From assembly GCA_951406725.2 (NCBI GenBank), contig OX597842.1, positions 11,470,001 through 11,534,000 of the forward strand: a stretch of DNA of 64,000 nt, read 5' to 3'. This document shows positions 57,316 to 64,000 of this stretch, in pieces. The notes beneath the pieces were generated by a model, which saw only the letters and a list, made by a program, of their open reading frames with translations, did not search any database and was not told where the DNA came from. Position numbers and translations under genes: made by a program. Source of the stretch: Octopus vulgaris. Taxonomy: Eukaryota. Each line of letters opens with the position of its first letter. Positions within the stretch are counted from its first letter, which is position 1.

Positions 57316-57549
57316 AAGCTGAAATGAAGGCAGCATGTTTTTGTCTATCTCCTTACCTTCTTGGAGATTTTAAGTAAATTTTACTAATGTGTCCATCTGT
57401 TTTAATTTAATTAAATTCTATGTCTTAGTGCAGCTGAGGATTGCTCTGCATTTAAATTGTTGTAATGGTTGCATTGTTCAATTCAATGGAGTTGCATGAA
57501 ACGATCGTACTGCATTACCTCTGGATATCCTTGTTGCTTATTTTGATTG

Positions 57550-57580
<31 letters not shown>

Positions 57581-59351
57581 CGTGTGTGTGCGTGTGTGTG
57601 TGCGCGCGTGCGTGCGTGTGTGTATATGTATATCTATAGGGCGAGAGAGAGAGAGAGAGAGAAACTGAGTGAGTGCTTGAGTGATTGAGTGAGTGAGCGA
57701 GCGAGAGAGAGAGAGAGAGAGAGTATGTCTTGTGCATAAAGGCTGAAGTAAATTGTGATGAACTGTTGTGATTAAGCTCGAAATTGCACTCGGTGCATCC
57801 GGCGCACATGTTCCAAACAAGCGCAACGTTGAAACGTACGTAGGATACAAATTACATAAACATTTGTTTCTCATACACACACACACATTTTCTTAAAATA
57901 TTGGCTTTCCTCTTAACGTTCTCTTTGTAGGCTTTCGTCTGTAAGAGATATTTTCTTAGTTCACTTTGAGTTTAACCAATTTTGGACCACCTTGATAACA
58001 TTGTGTTAAAAGATATTTTCGAATAGATTAAATTCACAGATATTTTCTTCTCTAAATCTACTGACACAACAGAAGCGATCGTCCGCATTGAATGATGCAA
58101 TCACCTATTAAACACGTGGTTCTCTCCATTCTTATTCTCATTGTCTTTTGCTCAGAATTACTTAAAATTCTTCTAAACGATATTTCGATTTACCTGTCAT
58201 ACAGGAAAAATGACCTTGTATGTTTAATCTCCTAGCATTTATTGGTATCAGATCGCTGGATATAGTTAAGCAAATTCGCTTAACACTGACTGCTTTACAG
58301 ATATTTGCCTGGGTTTATTAATCTCTTTTAGTTGTAGCTTTAAGTTTTTTAATTAAGATATTTACATAAGAGTCCTTTGCAGGTTCTTTGCCGCTATAAA
58401 GCTTCTACATCCATTATCACAATTTCAAGACCATCACAGTTTCATTATCAGGAAGCGATGTTTTTATTGACGTATGTAATTCTCTCTCTTTATGACAGGA
58501 AAACAGGATCTGAGCAGAATTTATTGCTGGAATATATTAACAGTAATCCCGGAGATAATATTTGTCACAAAATACACCACACATTGCTCGCTTTAAAAAT
58601 ACACAACCACATATAATTTGTGCTATATGAATGAAATACATGTTAGCTATAAAACAGATGAGCATATCATCCGGCTTCTCATAAACCGAATATAAAATAC
58701 ATCACATAGCAACTACAACTTATCCACAATAATTCAAGAAATAAAGTGTAAAATCAAAAACTTCTTTGTCAGCAGCAAACCTCGAGCGTAAAAACCCAAA
58801 AGGAAGCCACAAATGGCCAAAGTGATTTATAAATATGATTGTAAAAATGGCATTTGCTGGCATCATGGCTACAATAGTTGGAATAGTCATACAGCTACAA
58901 TGTTGTCTCGCGTGTTTACTATGCACATGCAGTAAGGAGTAATAGCGATGGATTACATGGCGTAACATAAAACGGAATTAAATGGAAGGACTTTTATGAA
59001 TAATAACTTCATATTTTGTAGGACTCCACTCAGGAATGCGCGATTAATTATGGACGCAACACTTGCAAAGATGGCAGCTTCTTCTTGCCAGAACATCATG
59101 AGAAAGAGCAGCATGCATTCAAATGGCTATGAAAAGCAATCCTTGATGTTGTAGGTCTTTTTACTTTTTTCCTGTCTTAAAAGTGAGAGTCACTTCACAC
59201 AATCTCATTCCTCTCTTTAGAGCTGGACGTCTGCTCACCAATGGCTTAGCAGACGACAACGAATGCGGTGATCAGCAAGCTGTAGGCTTTACATGGAAAT
59301 GGCCTTCACCCGACGTCAATTACACTACACTTATATACACACATACACTTG

Positions 59352-59381
<30 letters not shown>

Positions 59382-59382
<1 letters not shown>

Positions 59383-59617
59383 ACTCTTTTACTCTTTTAC
59401 TTGTTTCAGTCATTTGACTGCGGCCATGCTGGAGCACCGCCTTTAATCGAGCAAATCAACCCCGGGACTTATTCTTTTGTAAGCCCAGTACTTATTCCAT
59501 CGGTCTCTTTTGCCGAACCGCTAAGTTACGGGGACGTAAACACACCAGTCTCGGTTGTCAAGCGATGTTGGGGGGACAAACACACAAACACAGTCACACA
59601 AACATATACACACATAC

Positions 59618-59681
<64 letters not shown>

Positions 59682-59847
59682 TACGACGGGCTTCTATTAG
59701 TTTCCGTCTACCAAATCCACTCACAAGGCTTTGGTCGGCCCGAGGCTATAGTAGAAGGCACTTGCCCATGGTGCAACACAGTAAGACTGAACCCAGAACC
59801 ATGTGGTTGGTAAGCAAGCTACTTACCACATAGCCACTCCTACGCCT
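59382..59847 (-). mobile_element. SINE family A
   Basis: Full reverse-complement copy. Confidence 0.88.
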
Positions 59848-59853
59848 ATATAA

Positions 59854-59967
<114 letters not shown>

Positions 59968-60346
59968 AAAATAGAAGATAGACCATTTTAAAAAAAGATT
60001 TTATCCGTGGCGAGCAGAACATATATAATGAAACTGATTAAGGTGAAAATATTTCGTATAATTATAACAAGGGTTAAGAAACGAACACAGAAATAAACAG
60101 AGAAATTTTTTTTTATGTTTGTACGTGTGTGTGTGTGTGTGTGTGTGTATTTGTCATACACACGTGTGTGTATGTGTTTGTGTGCCTGCGTGTCCGTCCC
60201 TGCTGTGATGATCTGATGAAATTTTCACAAACAGTTTGTTGGTTCCGCATAAACACAACCTGAGCTATTATTACTCAACAACCACACACCCCAATGTCGA
60301 CAGCGAACCATCAATAAAGTAGGAGAATCTAAAGATAAAAATAAAT

Positions 60347-61622
60347 GGATCTTTTCGGTTTGAACGGCAGTTTTTACATAATTCGTAGGTAACTAAAACA
60401 TTTTAAACTTCGTATGCTGGTAGAATGTGTTTATAAAACATCTTTTTCTCTTGGCTTTATTGAGAAAATTCTATAGTTTGTAAGATGTTTGTGGGTTTTT
60501 CCTTCAATTTCTGCAATTTCAACCAATCAATGACGTCCATTGAGGTAAAAAATATTCTGTCAGTATGAATATGTCCCTCTTTTAAGAAACCGACTGGGTT
60601 TATTTACGTTTGTGAAGAAAAAAAGATACCCTTCGCCCCACCCCTAACCCTAACCCTAAAACAGATTGAAATGCAATAGATCGATACTAGGGTCATAATA
60701 ATGGGTGACAATTTCATATGACACCGCTAGAAAAATCTGCCGTTCAAACCGAAAAGATAAAAATAAATAAACCAGAGTAAAAATCACGAAGCCAAGGGAA
60801 TCAGTGGTGGTGGTCTATGTTGGAACAATCCGTTTTCTCCAGCAGTCGGTAATTTGGTAGCGTTTATTTATAGCGATGAAGCTAGAATATATTGCTTTTT
60901 GCTTTTCAGTCGCCTCCTCATCAATGGGTTTTTCCTTCAATTTCTGCAATTTCAACCAATCAATGACGTCCATTGAGGTAAAAAATATTCTGTGCCGTAT
61001 GAATATGTCCCTCGTTTAAGAAACAGATTGGGTTTATTTACGTTTGTGAAGAAAAAAAGATACCCTTCCCCCCACCCCTAACCCTAACCCTAAAACAGAT
61101 TGAAATGCAATAGATCGATACTAGGGTCATAATTATGGGTGACAATTTCATATGACACCGCTAGAAAAATCTGCCGTTCAAACCGAAAAGATAAAAATAA
61201 ATAAACCAGAGTAGAAATCACGAAGCCAAGGGTATCAGTGGTGGTGGTCTATGTTGGAACAATCCGTTTTCTCCAGCAGTCGGTAATTTGGCAGCGTTTA
61301 TTTATAGTGAGGAAGCTAGAATATATTGCTTTTTGCTTTTCACTCGCCTCCCCGTCAGTGGGTTTTTCCTTCAATTTCTGCAATTTCAACCAATCAATGA
61401 CGTCCATTGAGGTAAAAAATATTCTGTGCCGTATGAATATGTCCCCCGTTTAAGAAACAGATTGGGTTTATTTACGTTTGTGAAAGAAAAAGAGATACCT
61501 TTCCCCCCACCCTAACCCTAAAACAGATTGAAATGCAATAGATCGATACTAGGGTCATATTTATGGGTGACAATTTCATATGACACCGCTAGAAAAAACT
61601 GCTGTTCAAACCGAAAAGATCC
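60347..61622. mobile_element. Unclassified TIR element with a ~430-bp internal tandem x3 and (CCCTAA)2-3 motifs
   Basis: TIRs ggatcttttcggtttgaacggcagttttt / aaaaactgctgttcaaaccgaaaagatcc; TAAAT on both flanks (putative 5-bp TSD). Confidence 0.8.
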
Positions 61623-61963
61623 TAAATGACTTGCTATTAATATATATATATGTTAATCTCTGCTTCCATAAATGATACCATTTCTAAACGTTTGCGTCCC
61701 TCTCAGCCATTACCAGAACCGTTTGAACGACGAGCAAAATGCTTAGCGGCATTTCGTCTCTATTTTACGTTCCGAGTTCAAATTCAGCTGAAGTTGATGT
61801 TGCCTTCCATGCATTTGTGGCCGATAAAACTAGTACCAGTTGAATACTGGGATGAATGTAATCGACTTACTCCACTCCGAAATTGCTGGCCTTCACACAC
61901 ATATACAGACATATATACACACATATACACACGCATATACACACATTTATGTATGTATATATA

Positions 61964-62012
<49 letters not shown>

Positions 62013-62015
<3 letters not shown>

Positions 62016-62065
62016 CTTCCTGAAGATTTCATCTGAATGAAACAGTTCTAGACCTGTAGAAGCTC
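62013..62065 (+). ncRNA. Stand-alone type I hammerhead ribozyme motif in (TA)n
   Basis: gagcttc CTGAAGA tttc-atct-gaat GAAA cag-ttctagac-ctg TA gaagctc: 7-bp perfect stem I, 4-bp stem III, GUA site. Confidence 0.85.
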
Positions 62066-62069
62066 CTTC

Positions 62070-62139
<70 letters not shown>

Positions 62140-62751
62140 TGGGTGACAATTTGATATGACACCGCTAGAAAAATCTGCCGGTCAAACCGAAAAGATAAAG
62201 ATAAATAAACCAGAGTAAAAATCACGAAGCTAAGGGAATCAGTGGTGGTGGTCTATGTTGGAACAATCCGTTTTCTCCAGCAGTCGGTAATTTGGTAGCG
62301 TTTATTTATAGCGAGGAAGCTAGAATATATTGCTTTTTGCTTTTCACTCGTCAGTGGGTGAGAAAATTACTGCTGAAAACCAAACGATTTTGATGAATTG
62401 GTTCGGAGCGGGAAAGTTTGTCAAAGATGGTGGCGGAGTTTGTGAAGATAAGAAAGGAAAAGGCTATGAAGCGAATGGGAGAATGAGATCAAAAAGTTCG
62501 ACTGAGGCTTGACAGACACATGTTTCACACTGGCATAACATTAATTATTATAGTTAAGATAAGAGGCGAAAGTGCAGGGCGGAACGTAGAGAAGGATACG
62601 GCGGGAGACAGGTACAATATATCAAACAGCCTCACAACAGTGCTTCAGTTACGATGATAAGTTAATGTAGAGTAGGCGTGAAAGCGAGGGCTGGCGGTTA
62701 GGGGTGAGAGACAAAGTGACAGGGGGGTGGGAAAATATGCAAACACACATT

Positions 62752-62786
<35 letters not shown>

Positions 62787-62973
62787 TACATATATATATA
62801 CGTATATAAACGTGTGTGTGTGCGCGGGTGCGTCTGTGCGTTTATCGGTTGTGCTTGAAGAACATAAAGCTATATATAATGCCATATGACGTAAACATAT
62901 ACACATTCATATATACACTTGCATGTGTATATATGGATATATATTGGTACGTCTATATATGTATGAATGCATG

Positions 62974-63004
<31 letters not shown>

Positions 63005-63048
63005 TATGTATATATATATATGTACGTGTATATATATATGAATGCATG

Positions 63049-63083
<35 letters not shown>

Positions 63084-63304
63084 TTATATATATATATATA
63101 TATATAATATATGTGTGTGTGTGTGTATACGTGTATATATGTATGAATGCATGTCTGTATATATATATATATACAGCTTTACATATATATATGTGTGTGT
63201 CTGTGTGGTGTGTGTGTGTGTATGTCTGTATGTATGTATGTATGCATGCATGTATGTATGTATGTATTATGTCTGTATGTATGTGTGTATATATATTTAT
63301 ATGT

Positions 63305-63602
63305 TCAAGGTGCAATCGGCCCAAACAGCTGGGAAACAAAAGACCTCCGACCGTCCATCATGGCGAAGAGCAATTCGTCATTTCGACTGTTCCATTTCGG
63401 AGGAGAGGGGGAAATCTGAAGAATAAGCAAAAGGGAAGCAACTCAAGACTTGACCAACTCCGGCCACGACCATCACCCACCCTGCCATGCGATCAATGCC
63501 CGACTCTGTGACATTTGACCTCGAGAGCCATGTCAGTTTTAAACATCGTGAAGGCACCGGATGAACCAAATTCGGACACGAGCAATGCAGACAATGGCGA
63601 TG

Positions 63603-63603
<1 letters not shown>
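63305..63603 (+). mobile_element. RTE/BovB-like LINE 3' remnant
   Basis: Frameshifted [10 protein letters not shown] / [12 protein letters not shown] / [13 protein letters not shown] / SHVSFKHR, a terminal C2H2-like motif. Confidence 0.7.
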
Positions 63604-63642
<39 letters not shown>

Positions 63643-63684
63643 GGGGAGTGAGAGAGAGAAGGAGAGAGAGGGAGAGAGAGATAT

Positions 63685-63766
<82 letters not shown>

Positions 63767-63770
63767 GATG

Positions 63771-63846
<76 letters not shown>

Positions 63847-63847
<1 letters not shown>

Positions 63848-64000
63848 GGTGGCTGTGGGGTAGGTAGCTTGCTAACCAACCACATGGTTCCGGGTTCAGT
63901 CCCACTGCGTTGCACCTTGGGCAAGTGTCTTCTACTATAGCCTCGGACCGAACAAAGCCTTGTGAGTAGATTTGTAGACGGAAACTAAAAGAAGCCCGTC
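63847..64000 (+). mobile_element. SINE family A, 5' part (runs off the window)
   Basis: A and B boxes and head sequence. Confidence 0.88.

Noticed and set aside
57900-59290. 1.4-kb non-repetitive AT-rich stretch, possibly a decayed transposon or exon
   Set aside because: No sustained ORF or motif that I could recognise.
60212-60230. CTGATGA match (also CTGAAGA at 17803 and 63416)
   Set aside because: No downstream stem II-GAAA-stem III-UH or stem I pairing.
60641-61522. Telomere or interstitial telomeric array
   Set aside because: Only 2-3 CCCTAA units per copy, internal to a TIR element.

Overview
This window is eukaryotic, AT-rich and repeat-saturated, most consistent with a cephalopod (Octopus-like) genome; the species is inferred from the SINE families and microsatellite load. 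Almost all ORFs in the supplied track are microsatellite artefacts. Only one host coding exon is well supported (36133-36455, +; ATG start, coiled-coil segment, GTAAGT donor), and no second exon was found in the remaining ~27 kb. The rest comprises a near-intact R4/Dong-type RLE non-LTR retrotransposon embedded in (TAA)n, more than 35 copies or fragments of four tRNA-derived SINE families, RTE/CR1/Tx1 LINE remnants, mariner derivatives, a non-autonomous Helitron and MITEs. The most striking unannotated signal is a dense population of short elements inserted in (TA)n tracts that carry type I hammerhead ribozyme motifs (CUGANGA...GAAA-palindromic stem III-UH). About 7 copies have a near-intact core and about 10 are degenerate. 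Many are arranged as hairpins or inverted pairs, as expected for Penelope-like element termini or retrozyme-like RNAs, and some sit at the breakpoints of local inversions and palindromes.
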